Source: an uncultured Oscillospiraceae bacterium (GTDB lineage: Bacteria > Bacillota > Clostridia > Christensenellales > CAG-314). Taken from it: a stretch of 64,000 nt of DNA. The position numbers were made by a program, and so were the translations under genes. Of this stretch, positions 47,146 to 55,992 are shown in pieces. Position 1 is the first letter of the stretch; each line of letters begins with the position of its first letter. Below the pieces are notes generated by a model. That model worked only from the letters and a program-made list of their open reading frames with translations, had not been told where the DNA came from and did not search any database. The DNA lies in contig CAZSIF010000001.1 in NCBI GenBank assembly GCA_964607155.1, positions 52,511 through 116,510 of the forward strand, given 5' to 3'.

Positions 47146-49527
47146 ATGATAAATCAAAAAACGTTAAAAAAACTTCAATATTTTGATATATTGCGAGATG
47201 TATCGAGCTTTACAATAAGCAGTATAGCAAAGCAAAAAGTGCAAGCGTTGCTACCCGCAAATACCTTTGACGAGGCGATTGAGCTTATATCCGAAACTCG
47301 TCAAGCGTACGACCTATTTCGCTTCGAGCAATCTTTTGACCTATCCGTTGACGACGTAAAAGATGCATGTGCATTGGCAAAAGTAGGCTCTACGCTCTCA
47401 ATGAAACAGCTTTTGTGCGTCATGCGTTTGCTGCGCACATCGAGATGTCTGCAGGCGGCGCTGTTTGTAGATTACGGAATTGACACGTCCCTTTTACAAG
47501 CAAAAGCATATTTGCTGTTTAACGATAAACAGCTTGAGGAAGACATAGATTTTGCCATAATTTCCGAGGAGGAAATGAACGATAAGGCGTCCTCTGAATT
47601 GTTTGCAATACGCAAAAAAATCAAGGGAATAAACGCCGATATCAAGCAAAAGTTACAAAGCTACACGAAAAACGGAGAAATGGCAAAATATTTGCAGGAT
47701 AGTATTGTAACAATGCGCGGCGATAGATACGTTATCCCCGTAAAGCAAGAGTATAAAGCATACGTTAGCGGCATTGTGCACGACCAGTCTTCGACGGGCG
47801 CAACCCTTTTTGTGGAGCCGATGGCTATCGTGCAACTCAATAATGCGCTTCGAGAAGCCATACTGCAGGAAAAGGCGGAAATCGAAAGAATCTTACAAGC
47901 TTTTACCGACAGAATCTCGCCCGTGGCTCAACGCATTTGCGTGGCGCAGGATACAATCAGCGACATCGACGTTATTTTTGCAAAGGTTAAATACGCCCTT
48001 GATACAAAAAGCACGTTGCCGTTACTCAATAATGTCGGCAAAATCGCATTAAAAAAGGCGCGTCATCCATTGCTTGATAGGCGAAAGGTGGTGCCGATTT
48101 CCGTCAATCTGGGCGACGAATATGATGTAATTGTTGTTACAGGCCCAAACACCGGAGGCAAAACCGTTACACTAAAAACAATCGGGCTAACTTGTCTTAT
48201 GGCAATGACGGGGCTTTTTGTGCCATGCGCCGACGAAAGCGCTGTTTCTTTCTTTGACGATATCCTTTGCGATATCGGCGACGAACAAAGCATTGAACAA
48301 AACCTTTCGACTTTTTCCGGACATATAACCAATTTGCGTGATATTTTAGATATTTGCGGAAAGGGTAATTTGGTGCTCATCGACGAGGTTGGCGCAGGAA
48401 CGGAGCCCAACGAGGGCACAGCTCTGGCACTTGCCGTGACGGAGTTTTTGCGTAGAAGCGGCGCGCAAGCCGTTATTACCACTCACTACGAAAAATTAAA
48501 AGAATATTCACTCTCGACGCCTCGTGTGGAAAATGCATCGATGGAATTTGACCTCGACACCCTTGCGCCTACTTATCGCTTGATCATGGGCGTGCCCGGT
48601 AGCTCCAATGCTCTTGCGATTGCAGGCAAGCTGGGGTTGCGTGCTGACGTTGTTGAATATGCAAAACGCAACGTTTCGCAAGAAAAGCAGGAATTTGAGC
48701 GCGCTCTGGCTCGCGCTGATGAGATTCGCAAGGACTACGAACATAAACTTGCAGCCTTGGAGGAACAAAAAAAGCTTGTCGCGCAGGAAGCAGAACGAGC
48801 AAGACGCTTAAACGACAGTCTACAAAGCGAAAGAAACAAGCTGTTGGACGGATCGAGGCAAGAGGCGGCTCAGCTTGTGGAAAAGGCTCGGGAGCAGGCA
48901 AATGAGCTTGTGGAAAAAATAAAGGAAATATTGGAAAAGGACGAAATATCCGATAAAGAGCTTTTTCAAGCGAGAAGCTATGCAAAACAAATTTCCGACG
49001 TTAAACCGCAAACAACTAACGACGGCGAGGAAATTATTTTTACGGGAGATAAAATTGACTACTTTAAGCTTAAAGTGGGCGATGTTGTGTATTGTAAAAA
49101 GCTGTCCATGCAGGTAAAAATTTTGAACATACGCTCCGCCTCGAAAATATCCGTAAAATGCGGCAATCTGACTACCGATGTTACCGCTGATGACCTATAT
49201 AACTCACGAGTAGAGACCAACAAGAAGGTTGTCAAAAACAGACAATATAAGGGTAACGCTAAAAACGAGGTGGCAGCAAGAAGCTCGTCTAACGAAATTA
49301 ATGTTATCGGTCAAACGGTCGACGAGGCAATTGCAAACGTGGACGCATTTATTGATCAGGCGGTTTTGGCAGGATTAAACAAGCTTTGGGTTATTCACGG
49401 AATGGGTACCGGAAAACTGCGTGCAGGTCTGCACAGCCACTTCAAAAAACATCCGAATATTGCCGAATTTAGACTGGGCGTGTACGGTGAGGGCGAAAGC
49501 GGTGTAACCGTTATTACGTTAAAATAA
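47146..49527 (+). CDS. mutS2: Endonuclease MutS2 (MutS domain plus C-terminal Smr)
   Basis: 793 aa. Walker A GPNTGGKT, DEVGAGTEP, a coiled-coil region and a C-terminal Smr domain (VIHGMGTGKLR). Confidence 0.93.
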   Translation: MINQKTLKKLQYFDILRDVSSFTISSIAKQKVQALLPANTFDEAIELISETRQAYDLFRFEQSFDLSVDDVKDACALAKVGSTLSMKQLLCVMRLLRTSRCLQAALFVDYGIDTSLLQAKAYLLFNDKQLEEDIDFAIISEEEMNDKASSELFAIRKKIKGINADIKQKLQSYTKNGEMAKYLQDSIVTMRGDRYVIPVKQEYKAYVSGIVHDQSSTGATLFVEPMAIVQLNNALREAILQEKAEIERILQAFTDRISPVAQRICVAQDTISDIDVIFAKVKYALDTKSTLPLLNNVGKIALKKARHPLLDRRKVVPISVNLGDEYDVIVVTGPNTGGKTVTLKTIGLTCLMAMTGLFVPCADESAVSFFDDILCDIGDEQSIEQNLSTFSGHITNLRDILDICGKGNLVLIDEVGAGTEPNEGTALALAVTEFLRRSGAQAVITTHYEKLKEYSLSTPRVENASMEFDLDTLAPTYRLIMGVPGSSNALAIAGKLGLRADVVEYAKRNVSQEKQEFERALARADEIRKDYEHKLAALEEQKKLVAQEAERARRLNDSLQSERNKLLDGSRQEAAQLVEKAREQANELVEKIKEILEKDEISDKELFQARSYAKQISDVKPQTTNDGEEIIFTGDKIDYFKLKVGDVVYCKKLSMQVKILNIRSASKISVKCGNLTTDVTADDLYNSRVETNKKVVKNRQYKGNAKNEVAARSSSNEINVIGQTVDEAIANVDAFIDQAVLAGLNKLWVIHGMGTGKLRAGLHSHFKKHPNIAEFRLGVYGEGESGVTVITLK

Positions 49528-49747
49528 CCAAAACAAAGATAACTAAAATGGAAATTGTTTCTTGCAAGGGGCGCATTTTATAAGTGAACACAAAACTATT
49601 TACTATAAATAATCGCTCAACTTCTGACGAAAGTGCCGTATGCAAACTCCGCCCACTTTACTTTACAAGCAAGCAACTTTTAGTTAACCTAAATACACCA
49701 AATTATGTTTAAGATATTAAATTATTTTTAAGAAAAACAAATAATAC

Positions 49748-49760
49748 TATTTTAGACATA
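49748..49760 (+). promoter_or_regulatory. Recurrent 13-mer TATTTTAGACATA, copy 3 (upstream of the cysteine desulfurase gene)
   Basis: Exact 13-mer, with 18 nt between the motif and the ATG at 49779. Confidence 0.35.
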
Positions 49761-49778
49761 TTTCAATTTTGAGGAAAA

Positions 49779-50918
49779 ATGACAATACATTATTTTGACA
49801 ACTGTGCAACAACGCCAATTGATTCGGACGTGTTACAACAAATAAACGAATATCAGGAACATAATTTTTATAATCCCTCGGCGCGCAGTAACCATAGTCT
49901 TATGGTGGCAAACAACATAGCTAATGCGCGTGAAAGAATTGCCAAACATTTGGGTGCAGAGCCTCGCGAGATTTATTTTACTTCCGGTGGAACCGAATCT
50001 GATAACATCGGAATAATGGGAGCAATCCGCGCCAAAGGCGGAAACATTGTTGCTACCGCCTCGGAGCACTCGGCTGTATATAACACTTTGATGCAACTAC
50101 AAAATAAAGGCTACGAAGTGCGCTTAGCAAAAGTGCATCACGATGGACATATCGATGTTGATGATTTCATTTCAAAAATAGACGAAAACACACTTTTGGC
50201 CTGCTTTATGCATGTGAACAACGAAACGGGAGCAATAAACGATGTTAAAGAAATTAATCGTCTCATAAAAAATATAAACGCGCGCACGCTCACATTTTCC
50301 GACGGAGTACAAGCCGTAGGAAAAGTTCCCGTCAATTTACGCTCGTTAGGCATCGATATTTATGCAATGTCCGGACATAAAATCCATGCAGGCAAAGGCA
50401 TTGGACTTTTATATATTAAAAACGGCGTTAGACTTCATCCGATTGTATACGGTGGCGGACAAGAACTCGGTATGCGCTCCGGCACGGAATACGTTGGCGG
50501 AATTATCGGATTGGCGACAGCTCTTGAAAAAGCCGTTTCGGCTTTATCGTCAAACGCAAAGACTTTTATCGACTACAAGCAACAAATCAGAAGCTCGCTT
50601 GCCAACATATCCGATTGGCGTGAAAATTGTACGGATAACTGCTCACCCGCAATCATGTCGCTTGCCTTTGCAGACATAAAAGGTGAAGTTTTACTACGCA
50701 TGTTGGAGGATAACGACGTAATTGTCGGGACGGGCTCGGCTTGTAGCTCCAAAAATAAACAGAGTAGAATAGCTAAGGTCATTGAACTGCCGCAAAACTA
50801 TTCCGAGGGTTTAATACGAATAAGTTTTTCTCGCTTGACATCACAGCAAGACGTTCACGCACTAATCGAAGCATTACCAGATTGCGTTTTACGTCTTAGA
50901 AAAACAATGTTAAAGTAA
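49779..50918 (+). CDS. Cysteine desulfurase (NifS/IscS class V aminotransferase)
   Basis: 379 aa. PLP lysine SGHKIHAGKG and catalytic loop GSACSS. It pairs with thiI downstream. Confidence 0.9.
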   Translation: MTIHYFDNCATTPIDSDVLQQINEYQEHNFYNPSARSNHSLMVANNIANARERIAKHLGAEPREIYFTSGGTESDNIGIMGAIRAKGGNIVATASEHSAVYNTLMQLQNKGYEVRLAKVHHDGHIDVDDFISKIDENTLLACFMHVNNETGAINDVKEINRLIKNINARTLTFSDGVQAVGKVPVNLRSLGIDIYAMSGHKIHAGKGIGLLYIKNGVRLHPIVYGGGQELGMRSGTEYVGGIIGLATALEKAVSALSSNAKTFIDYKQQIRSSLANISDWRENCTDNCSPAIMSLAFADIKGEVLLRMLEDNDVIVGTGSACSSKNKQSRIAKVIELPQNYSEGLIRISFSRLTSQQDVHALIEALPDCVLRLRKTMLK

Positions 50919-51050
50919 AGTGCTATTTTAGCAGTTTATTTTGTATTTTTTAATAAATAACAATATATTTATCCTTTTGAGACATATTTATGTTGGACAT
51001 ATGTTGCAACGCATCTAACTTAAATTTTCAACGGATAATGGGAGTAATAA

Positions 51051-52199
51051 ATGAAAGTAATTATTATTAGATATTCCGAAATTCACTTGAAAGGTAACAA
51101 TCGCGAGTTTTTTGAAAACGCGTTGATATCCAATATAAAAACAGCGCTTGCGGACTACACCTTTGATTTTTCGAGAAGTAACGCTCGATATGTAATTCGT
51201 AATTTTGACGAAGCGCAAACGGACAATATCGTAGAGGCAATCAAAAACGTTTTTGGAGTACACTCGCTGAGCATAGCGGAGGAAGTGCCCTCGAACTACG
51301 ACGAGATTTCCAAAGCGGCAGTGGCGTTAGCACCGACAAGCGGAACCTTCAAGGTTAACACAAACCGCGCAGACAAAAAGTTTCCGATACACTCGATGAC
51401 ATTATCGGCAGATATCGGGGGCGATATTCTGCAAGCAAATCCCAGACTTGTTGTCGATTTGTTTAATCCGCAACACACAGTGTCTATCGACATTCGCGAA
51501 AACGGAAAAACTTTTGTGTACTGTAACGTGATAAAAGCCGTTGACGGAATGCCTGTTGGCACGGGCGGCAGAGGTATTGTGATGCTATCGGGAGGTATTG
51601 ATAGTCCCGTCGCCGCCTACATGATGGCAAAACGCGGTATGTATCTTAGAGCGGTTCATTTCCATAGCTATCCTTACACCAGCATTCAAGCAAAGCAAAA
51701 AGTGCTGGATTTGGCAAAAATTATAAAGAAATACACGCAACGCTTAACTGTTGACGTCGTTAGTTTTACCGAAATTCAAACTGCCATTCACGAAAAATGC
51801 CCAGAGGAATATATGATTACAATAATGCGCCGTTTTATGATGCGCATTGCCGAGCGCATTGCAAAAAATAACAGTGCTGGCGCAGTGATTACCGGTGAAA
51901 GCCTTGGGCAGGTCGCCAGCCAAACATTGGAAAGCATCACAAGCACAAATTCCGTCGCGACACTGCCGGTATTTAGACCATTAATCGGCTTCAATAAAGA
52001 AGAGATTATCGAGATATCTCAAAAAATTGGGACGTTTGAAACCTCGATTTTACCATATGAGGATTGCTGCACGATTTTCCTGCCCAAAAAACCCGTTACC
52101 AAACCAAGGTTATCTGCAGTTGAAAAGGTGGAAAGCGCACTTGACGTTGATGCGCTTGTAGAGGGAGCACTTTCCAATATCGAAACGATAGTTACTTAA
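51051..52199 (+). CDS. thiI: tRNA 4-thiouridine synthase ThiI
   Basis: 382 aa. THUMP domain followed by the PP-loop SGGIDSPVA. GGGAG SD. Confidence 0.93.
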   Translation: MKVIIIRYSEIHLKGNNREFFENALISNIKTALADYTFDFSRSNARYVIRNFDEAQTDNIVEAIKNVFGVHSLSIAEEVPSNYDEISKAAVALAPTSGTFKVNTNRADKKFPIHSMTLSADIGGDILQANPRLVVDLFNPQHTVSIDIRENGKTFVYCNVIKAVDGMPVGTGGRGIVMLSGGIDSPVAAYMMAKRGMYLRAVHFHSYPYTSIQAKQKVLDLAKIIKKYTQRLTVDVVSFTEIQTAIHEKCPEEYMITIMRRFMMRIAERIAKNNSAGAVITGESLGQVASQTLESITSTNSVATLPVFRPLIGFNKEEIIEISQKIGTFETSILPYEDCCTIFLPKKPVTKPRLSAVEKVESALDVDALVEGALSNIETIVT

Positions 52200-52210
52200 T
52201 GTTGAAATCA

Positions 52211-52253
52211 AAAAGAACGGACGCAAGGTTAACAATAATCCTTGCGTCTTTTT
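52211..52253. terminator. Bidirectional terminator between the convergent thiI and PBP genes
   Basis: The GACGCAAGG / CCTTGCGTC stem is flanked by AAAAAG on the 5' side and TTTTT on the 3' side. Confidence 0.8.
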
Positions 52254-52339
52254 ATAATTTATTTAATGTTGCGCTACATTTGATAGCTCCAATCTTGCAA
52301 TTTATTTTTTGATAGCTTGATTTTTGTCCAATTTTCGGG

Positions 52340-54241
52340 TTACACCGAGTACGCTTTGGGCAAATTTTTCTTATCAAAAGCGTACAATTCGCCACGTTGA
52401 CATAAAACAACTTGTTGTTTTTTGTTAAGACGCTCAACATCAACTGCAAAATAGCCGACATCGGGTGGTACACAAAAATCTCTCGGCAGATTTGCTTTAT
52501 AGATTATATCAAGAAGCTTACATGCAAATTCACACGGTGCTGTGCTGCCTTTAATTTCGTTAGATAAGTTGCCGCTATATTCCACAACAAATGTGTGTTC
52601 GGTAGTGTATCCTGCGGCAATAGCTGCGCTGTTTCCATTTTTATCGCCGACCGTCCCCGTTTTGCACGCGACCTTGAAGGGTAGCGATTTGAGCTTTGCC
52701 GCAGTTCCGCTTTTTGTCGCCTCGCACAATAAATCCGTCACAAGATATGTCGCCGCCGATTCAAAAACATTAGTAGTTTTATTTTCTCTCTTATAAAGTA
52801 GTTCACCATTTTGGTTGTAAATCTTTTTGATATAATTTAACTTGCCAAATTGCCCGTTGCACGCCAACGCAGAGTAGCACTCGCACAACATTCTTGGGGA
52901 CATTCCACCTTGTATGTTACCCAAGGCAAGGGATAAGTCCTGCTTGTCATTAAAGCCCATTTTTTTCAAATATTCCTCCGCCTTTTTTAGGGTTAATGCG
53001 TTCAAAATTTTTACAGCGGGAACATTCAAACTCTTTGTCAACGCCGTTTTGACCGTCGTCCACCCATAATATCGACCGTAATTAGAGGGGCAATATCCGT
53101 TAAAGTCCGTTTCCTCATCCAAAATTGGCGACGCTTGCGTAATAAGTCCTTCGTTAAAAGCGGGCGCATAAACAGCAATGGGCTTTATCGTGCTACCGAT
53201 TTGTTTTTTTGCTGTTGCTTCTCCGCGATAATACGACGCAACAATTTCCTTGTGGTTATTGGCAATAACGCAGGCGAAATCCGCCCTTGAAGCCGTGGCG
53301 GTGGTGGTTGTATCCTGCTGCGCCAAAGCAGTTAAAGCTTGTTGAATTTCGGCATCGCAATAAGTTTCTATTAAAAAACCGCTTTTAAAAAGCTGACTTT
53401 CAGTCATATTTAGTATCGAACACGCCTCATCAACAACCCCGTTCATATAAGTTTTATTGCCATTATCACTACTCGGCAAACAAATAAGTTCTGACGATAA
53501 CGCAGTTTTATAATCTGCCTGATCGATTACGCCTTGATTTAACATAAGCTTTAACACAGTGTTGCGCCGCAATAAGCATTTTTGTGGATTTTTATCGGAT
53601 GCATATGTGTTGGGTGCTTTAATCATGCCTGCAAGCGCTGCGCTTTCGGAAAGGGTTAAATCGCATGCAGATTTGCTAAAATATACATTTGCTGCATTCT
53701 CGATTCCGTAGGCATGACGTCCAAAGTAAATCGTGTTCAAGTACATCTCCAAAATTTCCTCTTTAGAGTAATTGCGCTCCAGTTGATTAGCCAATATAAT
53801 TTCGTTGAGCTTTCGCGAAAATGTTTTGCAATTTGATAAATGCGTGTTTTTTATCAACTGTTGCGATATCGTTGAGGCTCCCTCTTTCAAGCAGCCATTT
53901 GATATATTTTTTATCGTTGCAGCAATAATTCTTTTTACGTCCACCCCGTTATGTTCAAAAAATCTCTTGTCCTCAACGCAAACAAATGCCATATATACAT
54001 GCTCCGGAAGGGCGCGAAGCGGAATTTGCCGATTGTCGTTTAGATACGTCGGCTCGCAAACTGGCACGCCCTTATCATCCAAAACAGTTAACGTTGCGCA
54101 AACGCTCGCCAGTCTGTTTTTGTCGAATGGCACAAAATCATCGCTTTGCTGCCATGCCGTAATCGCGCATAGCCCAGCAACGGAAGCAATTAAAATGAGT
54201 GCGCAGGAGATTATCAAAACATATCGAAAAACTTTTTTCAT
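52340..54241 (-). CDS. Class A penicillin-binding protein (glycosyltransferase GT51 plus transpeptidase)
   Basis: 633 aa with an N-terminal TM helix. GT51 motifs EDKRFFEHNGVD and GASTISQQL. Transpeptidase motifs STIKP and KTGT. Confidence 0.88.
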   Translation of the reverse strand: MKKVFRYVLIISCALILIASVAGLCAITAWQQSDDFVPFDKNRLASVCATLTVLDDKGVPVCEPTYLNDNRQIPLRALPEHVYMAFVCVEDKRFFEHNGVDVKRIIAATIKNISNGCLKEGASTISQQLIKNTHLSNCKTFSRKLNEIILANQLERNYSKEEILEMYLNTIYFGRHAYGIENAANVYFSKSACDLTLSESAALAGMIKAPNTYASDKNPQKCLLRRNTVLKLMLNQGVIDQADYKTALSSELICLPSSDNGNKTYMNGVVDEACSILNMTESQLFKSGFLIETYCDAEIQQALTALAQQDTTTTATASRADFACVIANNHKEIVASYYRGEATAKKQIGSTIKPIAVYAPAFNEGLITQASPILDEETDFNGYCPSNYGRYYGWTTVKTALTKSLNVPAVKILNALTLKKAEEYLKKMGFNDKQDLSLALGNIQGGMSPRMLCECYSALACNGQFGKLNYIKKIYNQNGELLYKRENKTTNVFESAATYLVTDLLCEATKSGTAAKLKSLPFKVACKTGTVGDKNGNSAAIAAGYTTEHTFVVEYSGNLSNEIKGSTAPCEFACKLLDIIYKANLPRDFCVPPDVGYFAVDVERLNKKQQVVLCQRGELYAFDKKNLPKAYSV

Positions 54242-54407
54242 ATGTAGTTATTATTTGCAAAACACTTAAAAATATCATCCTGAGATGTGCGAAAAGCCTT
54301 ATAAATAATAATATATAGCAAATATCCTTGTAAAAAAATAAAAAAAATAGTAAAATAAAATAGAAATAAAAAGCGTCGCCAAACAGTTTGGCGGTGCGGA
54401 GGTTTAC

Positions 54408-55715
54408 TTGAAATACTTTATTCACACCTACGGCTGTCAAATGAACGTGCACGACTCGGAAAAAATCGCAGGCATTTTGGAAAAAATGGGATATACATCC
54501 TGCGAAGCTGTTGAAAACGCCGATGTGGTGGTGTTTAACACTTGTTGCATACGCGAAACTGCCGAGCAAAAAATTTACGGGCATATAGGTCAACTGAAAA
54601 AGCTTAAGCGAAAAAAACCAAATATGATTATTGCCGTTTGCGGCTGTATGTCGCAACAAGAGGGCGTCGCCGATGCAATACGCAAAAGCTATCCGTATGT
54701 GGATATCGTGCTTGGAACTGCAAATCTAAATTTGCTTGAGCAAGCCATCGAAAGTGCAAAATCTCGAAAAAAAATTGTCGATACACGTTTTTTGGATTGT
54801 TCGGAGGAAAGCTTTGCGCAAGCTCGCACAAGCTATCCCAATGCGTGGGTAAACATAAATTTTGGCTGCAATAATTTTTGCACATATTGTATTGTGCCAT
54901 ACGTCAGGGGACGAGAACGTAGCCGTAGACCGGAGGATATACTTGCCGAAGTCAAGCAGCTAATCCAACAAGGCTACAAGGAAATTACGCTTTTGGGGCA
55001 AAATGTTAACAGTTATGGTCACGACCTTGAAAACGTGTGCTTTGCTGACCTACTGCATGCAATAGGCAAGCTCGACGGAAAGTTTAGGCTTCGTTTTATG
55101 ACCTCTCACCCAAAGGATTTATCCGATGACGTTATCGACGCCATTGCAACATATCCAAATATTTGTGATAATATTCATTTGCCTGTGCAAAGCGGCAGTA
55201 CGGAAATTCTGCGTCGAATGAACAGACGTTACACGCGAGAACAATATCTTGAATTGATTAAGAAAATAAGAAATAAGCTACCAAACGTTGGCATCACGAC
55301 AGATATCATGGTGGGCTTCCCCGGGGAAACGGAACAAGATTTTGAGGATACTTTGGATTTGGTTCGACAAGCAAGATATAGCTCGGCTTTTTGTTTTGTG
55401 TATTCTCGCCGCAAAGGCACGCCCGCCTATTCTATGGACAATCAAATACCCTATGCGGAAAAGAAAAGCAGAATAACACGCTTGCTTGCCTGTCAAAACG
55501 AAGTAACAAAAGAAATAAGTAAAAGCATGGTGGGTAATAGCTATGAGGTTCTTGTGGAAGGAGATAATTTCCACTACAAAGACACCATGTGCGGAAGAAC
55601 AGAAAGCGGTAGATTGGTCAATTTCAAGTGCGAACACGCTCGCATCGGAGAGTTCGTTCAAGTGCAAATAGACCGAGCAAGCTCCGCGACGCTATGGGGA
55701 CACATCGTAGATTGA
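54408..55715 (+). CDS. miaB: tRNA-i6A37 methylthiotransferase MiaB
   Basis: TTG start 5 nt after GGAGG. HTYGCQMN, radical SAM CNNFCTYC and a TRAM domain. Confidence 0.93.
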   Translation: MKYFIHTYGCQMNVHDSEKIAGILEKMGYTSCEAVENADVVVFNTCCIRETAEQKIYGHIGQLKKLKRKKPNMIIAVCGCMSQQEGVADAIRKSYPYVDIVLGTANLNLLEQAIESAKSRKKIVDTRFLDCSEESFAQARTSYPNAWVNINFGCNNFCTYCIVPYVRGRERSRRPEDILAEVKQLIQQGYKEITLLGQNVNSYGHDLENVCFADLLHAIGKLDGKFRLRFMTSHPKDLSDDVIDAIATYPNICDNIHLPVQSGSTEILRRMNRRYTREQYLELIKKIRNKLPNVGITTDIMVGFPGETEQDFEDTLDLVRQARYSSAFCFVYSRRKGTPAYSMDNQIPYAEKKSRITRLLACQNEVTKEISKSMVGNSYEVLVEGDNFHYKDTMCGRTESGRLVNFKCEHARIGEFVQVQIDRASSATLWGHIVD

Positions 55716-55992
55716 CGGCAATTTTAGAAATTTTGTTCTAAATTGCTGACTGAGGCAGTATTTGAACCACATTAACTTGAAATGTGACAGAATACATTAT
55801 CATTTCCAAAACATACAGGGAGCATATGTTCGTCAAAGAATAATCATACATATGCTATATGTGCTTCAACTGGTTAAATGGGGTGTTTTAACAGAGCTTT
55901 TTTTAGATGAACTAATACTCATTGAAAAGTCAAAAAAAGTTCTATAAAAGCCAACTAAAGCATTTACAAACAGCCTTACAAAGGAGAACATC

